A DNA stretch of 64,000 nucleotides from Endomicrobiales bacterium. GTDB lineage: Bacteria; Elusimicrobiota; Endomicrobiia; Endomicrobiales; CAWCFT01. A program made the position numbers and the translations under genes. Positions 50,801-59,812 of this stretch are shown here, piece after piece. Below the pieces are notes generated by a model. That model searched no databases and was not told the origin of the DNA. It saw only the letters and a list, made by a program, of their open reading frames with translations. How positions within the stretch are numbered: position 1 is the first letter of the stretch; the number at the start of each line of letters is the position of its first letter. The stretch spans positions 1 through 64,000 of the forward strand of contig CAWCFT010000018.1 of the NCBI GenBank assembly GCA_963794945.1. Reading direction: 5' to 3'.

Positions 50801-53800
50801 ATGGCAGGATAGAATTTCTTTTATCAGCAAAATTGAACAAGAGGGGTTAGTGAACAATAGTTTGCGTATGGAATACGCTTCCACTCCGCAAACAAAAGAA
50901 GCTTTTAAGGCCGTATACAACGACCTGAAGAACATCATTAATAACAGTTCAGTGCTGAGGCTGAATCCCGCAGATCACACTCATTTTACAATTGTTAATT
51001 TACCGGCATTTATGTCGCAGGAACAGCTGCCAGAATCGTTATTTAGAAATAGTGTTGAATCTACGGTCATGCCTGCCTTGCGGCAGATACCGGTAACTGA
51101 TTTTCAGCTTTCTGGTAATATTAAAATAACTGATAGCGGTGCTATAATCTACGAGATAACCGATCCGGAAACAATAGAAAAGATAACACTGATCAGGAAT
51201 AAATTTGATAATTCCTGGGATAAGCCTAACATAGTTCATATGACTATAGGCAATATACTTGACCCGGGGATATCACCGGAATTGCTGGCCAGGATCCGTG
51301 ATGTTGTAGCTATTCACAATCAAAAGAGAACATTAGATCAGCGCATAACCGTGCGAAATATGAAATTTGAAAAATCCAACTATTTTGGCGATATTGTCTA
51401 TTTGTCGCAGGATGTGCCGTTGGCAAAACCTGAACTCAAAACAAACAATCTGTCTGAAGGCCGGCAAGGGCTGGAACCTCAAGCAGGTCTGTCAAATGAT
51501 ATAGTCTTAGAGAAGGCCGACATCAGCTTATTAAACAGCCCCTCCCTTTTATCAAATTCTGGCTATGCTAAAGCTAATAAGCCTTCAACGGAAGATTATG
51601 CGAAACAGCTTGTTGGGAAAAAGGAATTAATATTAGCCGCGAACGAAGGCAAGGAGTTCCGATTTGTTTATGAAGACATGTTCTTTAATAAGTTTAAGCT
51701 TACAGTTTACGAGAATGAAACTAGCAATAAAATTGGATTTATTGATGTCCGCGGCAACCTTATAGATTTTTCATTTGACAAACCCTATAATGGAGAGGCC
51801 GGCCCTGCCATTGTGGTAAACAACAACTACACTCAGCAATACAGAGGTATTGGTTCCGCTCTTATGCTTCTTTCAATGGCAGTGGCAAAGAACAATGGAT
51901 ATAAGGAATTTAACGTTCAATACGGTAGTAAGGCTGCCAGGTTTTACGAAAGCCTCGGTTTTGTCGCGAATAAACACATCGCCGGCAAGTTTACCTATAA
52001 TTTCAGCGAGAAAAAAATAGGCGGGATTCTTATCGAAACCAAAACCGATATAGATAACTATAACCTTGGCCAGCTGGATAGTTCACAAAATACGCCAGAG
52101 CAATACGCTGATAATACGGACCTGGCCTCAAGCTTGCTGCAGGGATTGGAACCTCAGTCAGGCTTGGACGACGAAATTCTTACAGCTTCATGGTCCGGAA
52201 ATGAGAAATATATCACGTATTTTGCTCATTGGATAGAGTCTCCTGTTTTGATCTGCGCGCTGGCCCTGGCCGCGAGGCTATTCGTTCCAGTGGAGTACGA
52301 TACGCTTGTAGCGGCCCTAGGGCCGATCGCAGCATACTTCGCTTTCCGCCTGCCGCACCTGCTGCGTGGTGCGAAAATATTCAATAGCAAGCCGGTACAT
52401 AAAATGTCTTACTACAGCCTGGGTCTAAGTGTGCCAGTCTTTGCTTTGTTCATTCCTGGCGTTAGTGTGATCGGGTATTGCCTGCTGGGTTTCATGTCAT
52501 TTTTATCACTGATTTATCTTGCCTCTGAGCATTTTATCACGAACCACAACATTGAGAATAGTGATGAGACGTTTAGCAGTTTATTTGAAGCCCTACGTTA
52601 TTCTTACTATGAGCATAAGCTGGAGAAATATGAACGTCAGAAAATGATCTACAGGAGATATAATAATGAAGACAAATACATTGAAATTCCCATAACGAAA
52701 TATTCATTATATCCTGCGCTCGGTTTGATAAGTAATATCCATTCTGGCCAATCCGAGTTTGAAAGAGCGTTGATTCTGGGTATAGAAAAATATGCGCTGG
52801 GTTTATCCGGCGATTACAATAAAAACCGTACTGATCTCGATGCCATTATCAAAAAATTCAACGACATCGCCTGCCTGGATGAGTACGATGATTTTAAAAA
52901 CCCGCTTTTTGCCCTACGGGCAATGATAAAAATAGGGGCTGCCCTTAGCGGCGATAACACGTTAGTGAAAAAGATCATCCTGCCTACGTTCATTGCGAAG
53001 GCGCAGGATGATACTGGGTATTATGCGAACCGATTACGCGCATGCGCGACTGAAGGGCTTGCGGAATTGACGCCTCTCATCCCAGACAAAGATTTTAAGG
53101 AAAAGACCGTCATTCCCATCTTGATTCGAAATATGTTAACGCCAAATACAGAAATAGGCAGGGGCGAACCCCTATCAAGAAAGGAAGAACTTTGGGATCT
53201 GAATAGAGCAGGATTCGAATCCCTGTATCATCTGATAAAACCAACAGGCCGGCCGATAAAAATCACGGCCAATGATATGTACCTTATTAACCACTCTTTC
53301 GGAATGAAGAATCTTGAGAAATACTATCCTGTGATGATCGATATCGCTGAAAAAGCAGGGCAGCATGCAGGCCTTGTCCTCAGTCGTACAGTTGAATGGA
53401 GTGGAATTCAAAAGGACGACACATACGAAACTGGGAAAGAGAAGCTGACTCTTTTTGCGGAGCAATACATAGAGCTTCTTATCAAGTTCGACAAGATTGA
53501 AGAAAAATATTTAATACTTGATAGAAAATATGTAGAGCAATATATCTACTCGTGGCAATTACTGTCTCTAATAAGCGGTTTGTCGCTGGCCGATACTTTT
53601 GAAGCAATAGTTAACAAGACTGGCGTTGAAGGCCTTGCTATTTTGAAATATGAACAATATTTACAAGCTGTACGTGAAGGTATTACTGTTCCAAATAAAC
53701 AATTCCTGATTGTTTTAGATGAGCTTTGTGTTGAATTTATTGCCATTTCAAAGTCTGAGAATCATGATTTTTTCGAGTCTGACCTTTTTAGATTCTGGCC

Positions 53801-54170
53801 AAAGAACGAGATTAATGATGATTTTGTTGCCAACCTGCATTATTACCAGGAGATCATAGGCGCAATTCATAATAAAAACGAGTATGACCTATTTGTAATA
53901 TGCGATGGTTTATCGTTACTCATGAAACAATGGGGAAAACAATCGTTCAAAGAGTATCTTCCTGAAATGAAACGTATTCTCGGCAGTGCCGGGAAGAATG
54001 ATATGCATGTATTTAGGCAGTTGATAAGTCTCCATGAACAACTAAAAACAAAACAGGATCTGATTACCTATGGGAACGATCTTGTAGATCTTGGGAATCA
54101 GCCGGCGAGAATGCAAAGTATCTGTTCGAAAGTTTCCCTAAAATGCAGAATATGTTTGACAATGAGTTGA
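44736..54170 (+). CDS. Giant protein B fragment 5: transglutaminase-like+TPR, R4, GNAT, GT2 glycosyltransferase, deaminase, 2H phosphoesterase, GNAT, TM bundle, helical repeats
   Basis: YRGIGSAL x2; VDNNS..NLGYCGGNN..FNND; HAE...PCDKC; HFT...HMT. Confidence 0.85.
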   Translation: MPCTLSRRDTLKKGLPLLPRGDIIAQFVGEEVDELFDIENLLSNQHLSSVQAYFQHHNQRENFPQAHNGIITSIAEQTGLTVLGVEDNINNQPGGFISAAKKALMYVACCFAALVFMIRISNAQTNTITLPYNNNIALSKDSLVKPGPANLFNYENRLFLHPIPPGYFADTIQRKMLSYFAELMDHIQFVFADSSELPASGFTIKDHAPIIVDGTIIDVPGKAHRKVTVTTTITLSKDISFVQMLNLVRTLYQQMLDNNQGKTEQYKQYIQQKLNNIDNIAKKFIYSADYLDTVKNSWPKELGLNSNETLQFINYIDFVINGLRNMAGDYEIVHQDQPETRTTTAENWLGVNQDWINSIVNQFPGDSSKRMQFIIQQFNAKQDFWARNAADGLAAPALELDAAVMETGGRLLDGIKIFGDTSVMLSNVVAKKMKGISPSDPKYTDKITELVQKKVGEYIDTTLMSSHPEKFTELYKQAAETLGVNPAVMAILGEISPANIVETQHMVCVMRACLCGRILQQYGIRVYWLDVQERVTGEEDDHVALLAQLPNGLYRIVDAAVPQGAGNVPKQYIAAGEIEKLLANTPVITKTLDTTSSRLHHIIRITDFDAGLRSSVFNNLGIALSKMGHHSEAELAYKKSLEINSINASALANLGLAYFHMGRLTDCENCVKKAVEINPRFYMAWYKLAVALFGQQRYAESDQALRKCLEINPQFTSSWSKMVSTLSAQQQPAAAKIAGKYCVRSMAGDHINPKSAFEEIDGATSHTTLANINKLGINRQDIDVIAIAAMEILNQLPATAKLQLTAGQLAQELLELGADIATVKEFNSQTVYNLEDLDQELARDIDYYNAFCPVGGIKLTKLSVTESSAGYITLKDSFGLASMDSISFNNDTANIKTANNKNNPKILTNRLRHEFNENMAENIIDSIQYKALNHFLGKIHAARNNLSNAELTNYWHECEVDIARHQGEYRALAKTGQEQPAAERLIAFAKIDSRQIKLAYRFIAKIFVDLLKTLLQNKQIELPAETSAGIVLIIQGLFTQHWNRSKTDQPTGSTEADSGLPGSDETVPEQNTGDGRIPASNVTEFAANRPTAEEYARKLVADKQLTLTADDGKQFRFVYENMPSNEFKLITYDNMTNEQVGFIDVRGNRIDSAFNEIFIGEPAIVVDNRYNERYRGIGSALLRLSMSVTKNNGYKEFDVLYGSKAAKFYRSAGFEEINHETGKFSFDFTKKKIGGILLEYFPKPEFLVNEIAKLRKIDSAAADILLKRLGMTSRADKDGLRYLNEDIQWFRTHRKTKDGVYFDPIDKNNPKVSVILLHYGNSVKDTLQALNNLSLNTYPDLDVILVDNNSPVPIEQKDISAKIADKLKIKLIKSPVNLGYCGGNNMAARAALNNGADYVFLFNNDGLIEKDGIQKMIDKLKGHPEIGAIQPSLYTTNELKEINEKGVLPEEQGTDALNRTLEFTYGLEKTNTASKLSDNLYQKEISLLGTAQMVRSDMIRLSGMFDTRLFMYADEAYLGYRYSMTGLKMGMVTDVFFAHPPFAAIETPKVYSEYLIWRNYMFDAEYLYNIDDMGKRAVKNLFGPRNLFISNDDAVWRMVEESANENDILLIAVVKGMFDGVMGQYSPTVEGQNMDEKKQIATYSKEFEKMIDVNGILLRLINETDPYQSRLMIWGLNAADSKIHNIGQLDGIQRQKLIDTLKYYVSEWRDWVKTKHRDQSAITKIRNEFKNELLGKINVFTPSETLGHEQYLDRYSDKSNINDEAYMQVALNESRKAGIERWLFTACVGAVVVSGKGIIVGRGYNRMFSQFHAEHYAILDALFARVESLAEGKQKGIMRSRINEILRTANMPRAPDYYDNLDAAITALNRDLGGVLQNSPIYVTMHPCDKCTNLIMSLGMKRLVYGAEMPGGSLDNGKKLRNAGMETTGGVLARESRTVMTGYFLLKTYFSYIHELIQRLERQIISRRHSVLTANEMASLNKPVELSKTTGLNVTDENEKKPSTPIITTEPEEVLPIVRGRSWQDRISFISKIEQEGLVNNSLRMEYASTPQTKEAFKAVYNDLKNIINNSSVLRLNPADHTHFTIVNLPAFMSQEQLPESLFRNSVESTVMPALRQIPVTDFQLSGNIKITDSGAIIYEITDPETIEKITLIRNKFDNSWDKPNIVHMTIGNILDPGISPELLARIRDVVAIHNQKRTLDQRITVRNMKFEKSNYFGDIVYLSQDVPLAKPELKTNNLSEGRQGLEPQAGLSNDIVLEKADISLLNSPSLLSNSGYAKANKPSTEDYAKQLVGKKELILAANEGKEFRFVYEDMFFNKFKLTVYENETSNKIGFIDVRGNLIDFSFDKPYNGEAGPAIVVNNNYTQQYRGIGSALMLLSMAVAKNNGYKEFNVQYGSKAARFYESLGFVANKHIAGKFTYNFSEKKIGGILIETKTDIDNYNLGQLDSSQNTPEQYADNTDLASSLLQGLEPQSGLDDEILTASWSGNEKYITYFAHWIESPVLICALALAARLFVPVEYDTLVAALGPIAAYFAFRLPHLLRGAKIFNSKPVHKMSYYSLGLSVPVFALFIPGVSVIGYCLLGFMSFLSLIYLASEHFITNHNIENSDETFSSLFEALRYSYYEHKLEKYERQKMIYRRYNNEDKYIEIPITKYSLYPALGLISNIHSGQSEFERALILGIEKYALGLSGDYNKNRTDLDAIIKKFNDIACLDEYDDFKNPLFALRAMIKIGAALSGDNTLVKKIILPTFIAKAQDDTGYYANRLRACATEGLAELTPLIPDKDFKEKTVIPILIRNMLTPNTEIGRGEPLSRKEELWDLNRAGFESLYHLIKPTGRPIKITANDMYLINHSFGMKNLEKYYPVMIDIAEKAGQHAGLVLSRTVEWSGIQKDDTYETGKEKLTLFAEQYIELLIKFDKIEEKYLILDRKYVEQYIYSWQLLSLISGLSLADTFEAIVNKTGVEGLAILKYEQYLQAVREGITVPNKQFLIVLDELCVEFIAISKSENHDFFESDLFRFWPKNEINDDFVANLHYYQEIIGAIHNKNEYDLFVICDGLSLLMKQWGKQSFKEYLPEMKRILGSAGKNDMHVFRQLISLHEQLKTKQDLITYGNDLVDLGNQPARMQSICSKVSLKCRICLTMS

Positions 54171-54538
54171 TAAAATACTGGCCCAAGTTGAAAAGATTAG
54201 CAAAAGCCGCCGGCGCGAATGCCGGTTTCCTGTTCAATACGAAAATACCGCTTATAGTGAAAGGTGATGAAGCAAAGCTTGATACCTTCATCAAAGACAT
54301 TGAAATATGGAATGCGTACAATCCCGGCATCCTGCGGGAATTACTGATATTTCTTAACGCGAATTGGCAGGATCAGATCTTTGCTCTGGCCCATGAGATT
54401 ATTAAGGCGCACAAAGCGTACTATGCCAATATATTTCAATCTTTTTGTTCCATGCCAAAAAAATATTCTGCTGATATCCTAAATACCTTTATGTATGATC
54501 AGAACGATAGACCTGGGCTTGAGGATCCGTGTATTTGA
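54143..54538 (+). CDS. Giant protein B fragment 6 (helical region)
   Basis: AAGANAGFLF continues the KAGQHAG/SAGKND repeat pattern; joins upstream by adding one A at ~54095. Confidence 0.6.
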   Translation: MQNMFDNELIKYWPKLKRLAKAAGANAGFLFNTKIPLIVKGDEAKLDTFIKDIEIWNAYNPGILRELLIFLNANWQDQIFALAHEIIKAHKAYYANIFQSFCSMPKKYSADILNTFMYDQNDRPGLEDPCI

Positions 54539-55634
54539 AGACTATAATGAATTGATGACTGAAAATGAATTATTGATAAACAACGTTAGTAAAATTAATG
54601 AAGTGAAAAGAGCCATACTAACAGTGCAGGGTAAAATAACAGAAATGACCACTGCGCAAGGCAACATATCAACACAGCGCAAACTGCAGCGGGAAATACG
54701 CGAAGAGATGAAGCCGATGCGCAAGATATTCCTGACGTACATACTGGGCCGTGACAAATTATCTGATGATGAAGAAGCGCTTCTCGAAGACAGCTTTATA
54801 TCGAAACAAATATTTACTCTAATGTCGATAGTAGCCACGATAGAGCAAGGAAACGGGTTCCGGATCGGAGATGAAATAGACTTTGCGCAGCTTACATTTT
54901 TCAAAGAACTGATAAAGCAATATCTAAATGTATTGTTTCTCAGCTACGAAAAAAAAGAGAAAGACGGGATTTGGAAGGCGAAACAGAAACTGAATGAATT
55001 CATGATGCGCATGGATACGGAGCAGGTAGAGAAAATAGTGCAAGCACTCGATGAACAATATCGCAGGAACCTGAAAAGTTATTTTAAAGGCTATAAGGGC
55101 AATAAAGAGACAGTAAACGATTTACTTGAAGGCGGATATAAGAAGAAGCTATTCAGCGAAGGCATAGAGCTTTTTATCAAAAACGGCCAGAGCATAACAC
55201 CTGAACATAAACGCGATACAATAATCAAACGTTCGTGGGAGTTGGTGGACATAGCGATGTTTCTGGGAATAAAGGATGTTGATGGCAGGACATTGACCGC
55301 GGACTACGCACAAGAGCTCGATACTTACGAGAAAGCGGTGAAATTCGCGAAATATATTAAAGGGCAGATTAAAGGCATGCCGGAAAACTATGAAACAAGC
55401 ATTGTAAATATACTAGACCATATAAAAACGGATGAGGCCAGAGCAGTAGAAAATGTTGACGAACAGGAATTCAAGGTAACGATAAAAAAGGATTTCCTTA
55501 ATGAGGCGTGCGCAGGGGTGGGAGTCCCCGGCTGCTTAATCCTACGGGCATTCACCGCGAGATGCCGCTCCTGCACGCATGCGAGGCAAACGTTGCGTTC
55601 ATCCAGATATTTAGCAAGAATAATGTTCAAATAG
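54495..55634 (+). CDS. Giant protein B fragment 7 (unknown helical domain)
   Basis: Overlaps both neighbours; joins the next ORF as GVPGC(F)NPTGIHREMP. Confidence 0.65.
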   Translation: MIRTIDLGLRIRVFEDYNELMTENELLINNVSKINEVKRAILTVQGKITEMTTAQGNISTQRKLQREIREEMKPMRKIFLTYILGRDKLSDDEEALLEDSFISKQIFTLMSIVATIEQGNGFRIGDEIDFAQLTFFKELIKQYLNVLFLSYEKKEKDGIWKAKQKLNEFMMRMDTEQVEKIVQALDEQYRRNLKSYFKGYKGNKETVNDLLEGGYKKKLFSEGIELFIKNGQSITPEHKRDTIIKRSWELVDIAMFLGIKDVDGRTLTADYAQELDTYEKAVKFAKYIKGQIKGMPENYETSIVNILDHIKTDEARAVENVDEQEFKVTIKKDFLNEACAGVGVPGCLILRAFTARCRSCTHARQTLRSSRYLARIMFK

Positions 55635-58600
55635 CGAATGCGGTAGTAGTATTCGCTAAGAACGGCGCGTATGTGTACGGCGGGTATAACAATTCCAGCT
55701 ACAATATGGATGGTGTTTATGGTGAAGCCATAAAGGAACTGACAAAATATGTACCGAGAGTTTATCTGACAAAAAACTCGGCAGGGTACAGCGATCTAGT
55801 GAACTATGGGAGCAATGTGGAAGGTGAAGTCATAGTCCAAAAACCATCGGTCTATTTTACCGGTCAGTACTATGACGCTGGCACGGTAACGAGCGATGGC
55901 GACCTTTCGGTAAATCTGGTGAACCCACTGGAAGTGACATATGAAGGTATACGCAAGAATGGTGGTTTTGAAAAGAAAGAGGAAGCAAAGGCACCTGAAC
56001 GGGTTGAGATAAAAAGCAACATTGAATGGGAGAAGCTTCAGGAAATGCTTGATGTACAGGGGTTAAAGAAGTTCAGTCGCATCATGAGCAATTTCAAGAA
56101 AAAGGTCGCCGAGCAGGGAGCGTTCGCAGTAGACAATGATTATTATGACTGGGTTGCTAACGACATACGTTCGTGGCATAGAGGCGATGTTAGCGATGCG
56201 CAGATAGAAGAGATAGCTGACATACTGGTGGATTTTCTTGAAAGCCAGCAATGGCCGGTAGAAGTGTTGACAGGGCCGGACAGAACCGGCATACTTCAAG
56301 TGGGCGGCCTGGGAGTTGTTATTGGTATGGCGCTAGCCAGCTGGGGACTGCCGGTGCTTGGCGGCGTGGTTTTAACGCTGGGCGTTGCAAGCCTCTTTGT
56401 CGGCCCAGACGCAGGTAAATTCAAGAACTTCGGCGGCTACTTCTGGCAGTATATTTCCTCATTCATCCCCCGCTTAGGTAAAGAATTGAGTAGTGCCTTA
56501 AGGCATGAATCGTCAAAGCAAGTCGCTGTTTCGATTGCACGGACAACGGCAAATAACTCCGGTCGTACAAAAAAAATTGTAACTGAATCTAGTGCCGACA
56601 GCTCACAAAGCTCCATTCCGAACCGGACTGACGCCATATCCCCCATTATCCTGACTGAAAATGTTGTTGATTTTAAGTTTGCTAACACAGAAGAGATACT
56701 TAGAGGATTGTTTGTTAAATGGAAAAACAGGGTTAATACACAAACATTATCAAATGAAAACCTGCGGCTGATAGAAGAGTTTCTGCGTGCATATGGCAAG
56801 CCGATGGATCGCGACCGTTTGGTGAATTATGATATTGTCTCTACAGCTCTCCGCGAACTATTGAAGAATGCCTTTGATGCTTATATATCCGCCGCTGCAG
56901 AAGGTAAAATTAGGTTCCGTATGATGGTAGAAGGTAATTTTCTGGTTTTCGAGGTTTCGGACAATGGCATTGGCATTGAGGAACAATATTATGACAACAC
57001 CGGTAGGTTGCATGTAGTGCCAAACGACGTTTTGCCATACGCGTATATTTCTACACGGTATGGCGGTGCAGGGCTTGGGATGTTACACACGCAAATTCTT
57101 GCGCAGGTGCATGGTGGAAGCCTTAAATATTTAACTGGTCAAAATGACGGGTATAAGACAACGGCAAGACTAACGATACCGATGACTACAGTTAGCATAA
57201 AATTCCGCAATAAAGATGGAAGAGTGATGAGCGCAAAAACGTATTTGCGTATAATCAACAAAGATAAAATAGAAGCTCAAAATAAAGCTGAAGAAGATTT
57301 AATAATACAGCAGTATGGAATAGACAGAACAACGGCAGAGCAGGCAGTCAGGAATGGCTGGACCGTTGAACGCATGAAGGATATTGAAAACATTAATGAC
57401 AATTTCTGCAATATTTTTGAGAAAAGATTCGGATTTACAGTCCGCCCCAAGATCATTTTCAAACCAAGCCCTAATCTCCCATACAACATAGCGACTATAA
57501 GCCGTTACAATGATCCACAGATCAATTCATGGGTATTCATTGCCGTTACAAGATTTAATTATAAAACAGCTGTAAACACGATAAATAATTGGTATCTGGA
57601 AGAATTTGCCCATGCTCTTCAAAATAATCTGTTCGGCGAAAGATTTGCGTCTTTTCCAGAGATGAAGCCAACGGACTATGCCGCTTTTTGTGCTGAACTA
57701 AAGAAAGGATTTACGGCAAAAGACAGCCGTTTATCAGTACCACCATTTAATATAACTTCTGTTACCGGCCGCGGATCTCAGTATGGGTCATTTTATATGT
57801 TAGATGAAGAAATACTCCGCCAATTGTTCGAAGTTCATGCAGCGGCATTGGCGTGGATTTTGTCATTAACATGGCTGCCGCAAGAATCACTGGATTCGGA
57901 CCGCAGGTTCGCCTACTGGGATGCCGCTGCGCGAATTGAAGAGGCGGAATTTCCAAGTCATCTATTCTCTGGCATATTACCTTACCTTATTGGCGTGCGA
58001 ACACCCCCAAATTCTAGTATAAGAATACCTTCCCTGGCCTCCCATGCAGCAATGTGGGAAGCGGTCCTGGAACTTAACGGCAAATATGGTTTTATCCCTG
58101 CCGAGAAACTCAAAAAAATTGAAGAATTCGTGAAAATACGACAGAAAGCTATGCAAGTCACTGATTTGGAAGGGAAAAACATATATCTTGCCCTGAAGGA
58201 GTCATATAAGGCATATTTCTTATCCGTTACTCAGTCTTTTATAAATTCTGATAAGAGTATCCAAGAACTCGTGCAAAATAATAGGATAAATATTAAATCC
58301 AACTTTTTTGTTCAAATATCTTTGGCAATTACAAGTTATCTCTCTAATCTGAAATATTCATCTAATATAGTAGCTGAATGGGCTGATAAGTTCATGCGGG
58401 AAAGAACGAATGGCCTATACGGGACAGAACTGCCCATGGGCGTATTTATTGCGGAGAATATAGGCCAGCTTTCAGGAGTTCAATTTGAAGTAAAGAAATA
58501 CTTGCCTGTAGTCATCACCTCAACAAAAGGAAATGAAAAAGAGATTGAAAATACAACAACAAAGAACCTGGGCGTTACGGCCGGGCACAGCCCGGTATTT

Positions 58601-59812
58601 TTCAGCCAGGAAAACAGCGTGGTATATCTTTATATTGACGCCGAAGGCGCTGATTTCGCGGTGGGAGCAAGCCAGATTATGGCCACATTGAGGGGTTATG
58701 GCAACCTTGAAGCGGATCCCCGCGCTTTAAAGATGCTTGGTATAAGAGAAACGGCAAAAGATAATGCTGTAGTATTTGATTATACTGGCGGGGCCTTAGA
58801 TAGAAATATGCTTTCTGATACCCCAGTGGTGCCTGGTGAGAACGTGAATATCGGCTTTGGCGCGATAAGAGAACTGGATCGTGCGCATAAGAACGCACGA
58901 GCGCCTGCCGAGGTAGGCATTGAACGCGGCTGGAGTGATGAGCTCTTAGACCGAAGCAATATAGAAAGCTTTAATAATTCAATCATTATTCCATCTGGAG
59001 ACATCTTTAAACTAACCTTAGAAAAGGTTCGTCAGCTACAGAGCGAAGGCGCAAGGGTGCACGCGATATACGAAGGGTCAGATATTGAACAAGCAAGAGC
59101 TTTCGAGCGAACAGCCATAGGCTTGGGCCTCAACGGCATATTCTGCCCTGCTCTGAGCCCCGAAGCAATGGTCTCACTGACCAAATTAGATAATTCCGAA
59201 CCTGCAGGTTTTATTGTATCCGGCCAGCTAGTTGGAGGCAGTGCCGAAAAGAGAAAATTTTATAGTTTAGAACTTTCTGCCGCTGACTATGCCGCGCGGA
59301 TAGCCGCAATACGCGATACGGAGTTCCCTGTCGTAAGTATCAAGCTGGGCCAATTATCCACCGCGGACGCCGCTAAGCGCGTAGAAGCCCTAAAAGACCT
59401 GCCCTCTTCAGCAATTATTATCTTTACGGCTGATGATATAAAAAACAACGGAATGTTCAGAGATATTTCAGAAATTAACATATTCGGCGCAAACCTCCTT
59501 AAATTCCTGCGGCTGACCCCGAGGACTATTTCCGAGAAGGAAGCTTTCCAGAGGCGTGTGGCGTTCGAGCTTGATTTTGGAACGTTTGAAGTGCCCCAGG
59601 ACGCCGCGGCTTACATGGAGAACATCAGGAGTGAAAGGTTCGACCTGACCTCTTTCCCCGAAAATACTGAAGTTCTCGCAGCGGCTAAACTTCACTTAAG
59701 CGAAGAATCAGAACGTTCGGCTCAAAGACGTTTTCAAACAATCACTTGTCAGCCGCATAAGGGCCCGTATCGAGCTTGCCGGGAAAAGAAAAATGCTGGG
59801 GTTAGAAAATAG
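55508..59812 (+). CDS. Giant protein B fragment 8: TM hairpin, HATPase_c (GHKL) domain, unknown C-terminal region
   Basis: RELLKNAFDA, VSDNGIGI, GGAGLGM, HGGSL boxes. Confidence 0.8.
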   Translation: MRRGGSPRLLNPTGIHREMPLLHACEANVAFIQIFSKNNVQIANAVVVFAKNGAYVYGGYNNSSYNMDGVYGEAIKELTKYVPRVYLTKNSAGYSDLVNYGSNVEGEVIVQKPSVYFTGQYYDAGTVTSDGDLSVNLVNPLEVTYEGIRKNGGFEKKEEAKAPERVEIKSNIEWEKLQEMLDVQGLKKFSRIMSNFKKKVAEQGAFAVDNDYYDWVANDIRSWHRGDVSDAQIEEIADILVDFLESQQWPVEVLTGPDRTGILQVGGLGVVIGMALASWGLPVLGGVVLTLGVASLFVGPDAGKFKNFGGYFWQYISSFIPRLGKELSSALRHESSKQVAVSIARTTANNSGRTKKIVTESSADSSQSSIPNRTDAISPIILTENVVDFKFANTEEILRGLFVKWKNRVNTQTLSNENLRLIEEFLRAYGKPMDRDRLVNYDIVSTALRELLKNAFDAYISAAAEGKIRFRMMVEGNFLVFEVSDNGIGIEEQYYDNTGRLHVVPNDVLPYAYISTRYGGAGLGMLHTQILAQVHGGSLKYLTGQNDGYKTTARLTIPMTTVSIKFRNKDGRVMSAKTYLRIINKDKIEAQNKAEEDLIIQQYGIDRTTAEQAVRNGWTVERMKDIENINDNFCNIFEKRFGFTVRPKIIFKPSPNLPYNIATISRYNDPQINSWVFIAVTRFNYKTAVNTINNWYLEEFAHALQNNLFGERFASFPEMKPTDYAAFCAELKKGFTAKDSRLSVPPFNITSVTGRGSQYGSFYMLDEEILRQLFEVHAAALAWILSLTWLPQESLDSDRRFAYWDAAARIEEAEFPSHLFSGILPYLIGVRTPPNSSIRIPSLASHAAMWEAVLELNGKYGFIPAEKLKKIEEFVKIRQKAMQVTDLEGKNIYLALKESYKAYFLSVTQSFINSDKSIQELVQNNRINIKSNFFVQISLAITSYLSNLKYSSNIVAEWADKFMRERTNGLYGTELPMGVFIAENIGQLSGVQFEVKKYLPVVITSTKGNEKEIENTTTKNLGVTAGHSPVFFSQENSVVYLYIDAEGADFAVGASQIMATLRGYGNLEADPRALKMLGIRETAKDNAVVFDYTGGALDRNMLSDTPVVPGENVNIGFGAIRELDRAHKNARAPAEVGIERGWSDELLDRSNIESFNNSIIIPSGDIFKLTLEKVRQLQSEGARVHAIYEGSDIEQARAFERTAIGLGLNGIFCPALSPEAMVSLTKLDNSEPAGFIVSGQLVGGSAEKRKFYSLELSAADYAARIAAIRDTEFPVVSIKLGQLSTADAAKRVEALKDLPSSAIIIFTADDIKNNGMFRDISEINIFGANLLKFLRLTPRTISEKEAFQRRVAFELDFGTFEVPQDAAAYMENIRSERFDLTSFPENTEVLAAAKLHLSEESERSAQRRFQTITCQPHKGPYRACREKKNAGVRK

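Noticed and set aside
1330..59812. Programmed frameshifting or phase variation as the cause of the many frame breaks
   Set aside because: The junctions share no slippery motif. Similar single-base indels disrupt pfkA (twice), the response regulator and the nucleotidyltransferase, which points to long-read consensus errors. Read-level checking is still needed.
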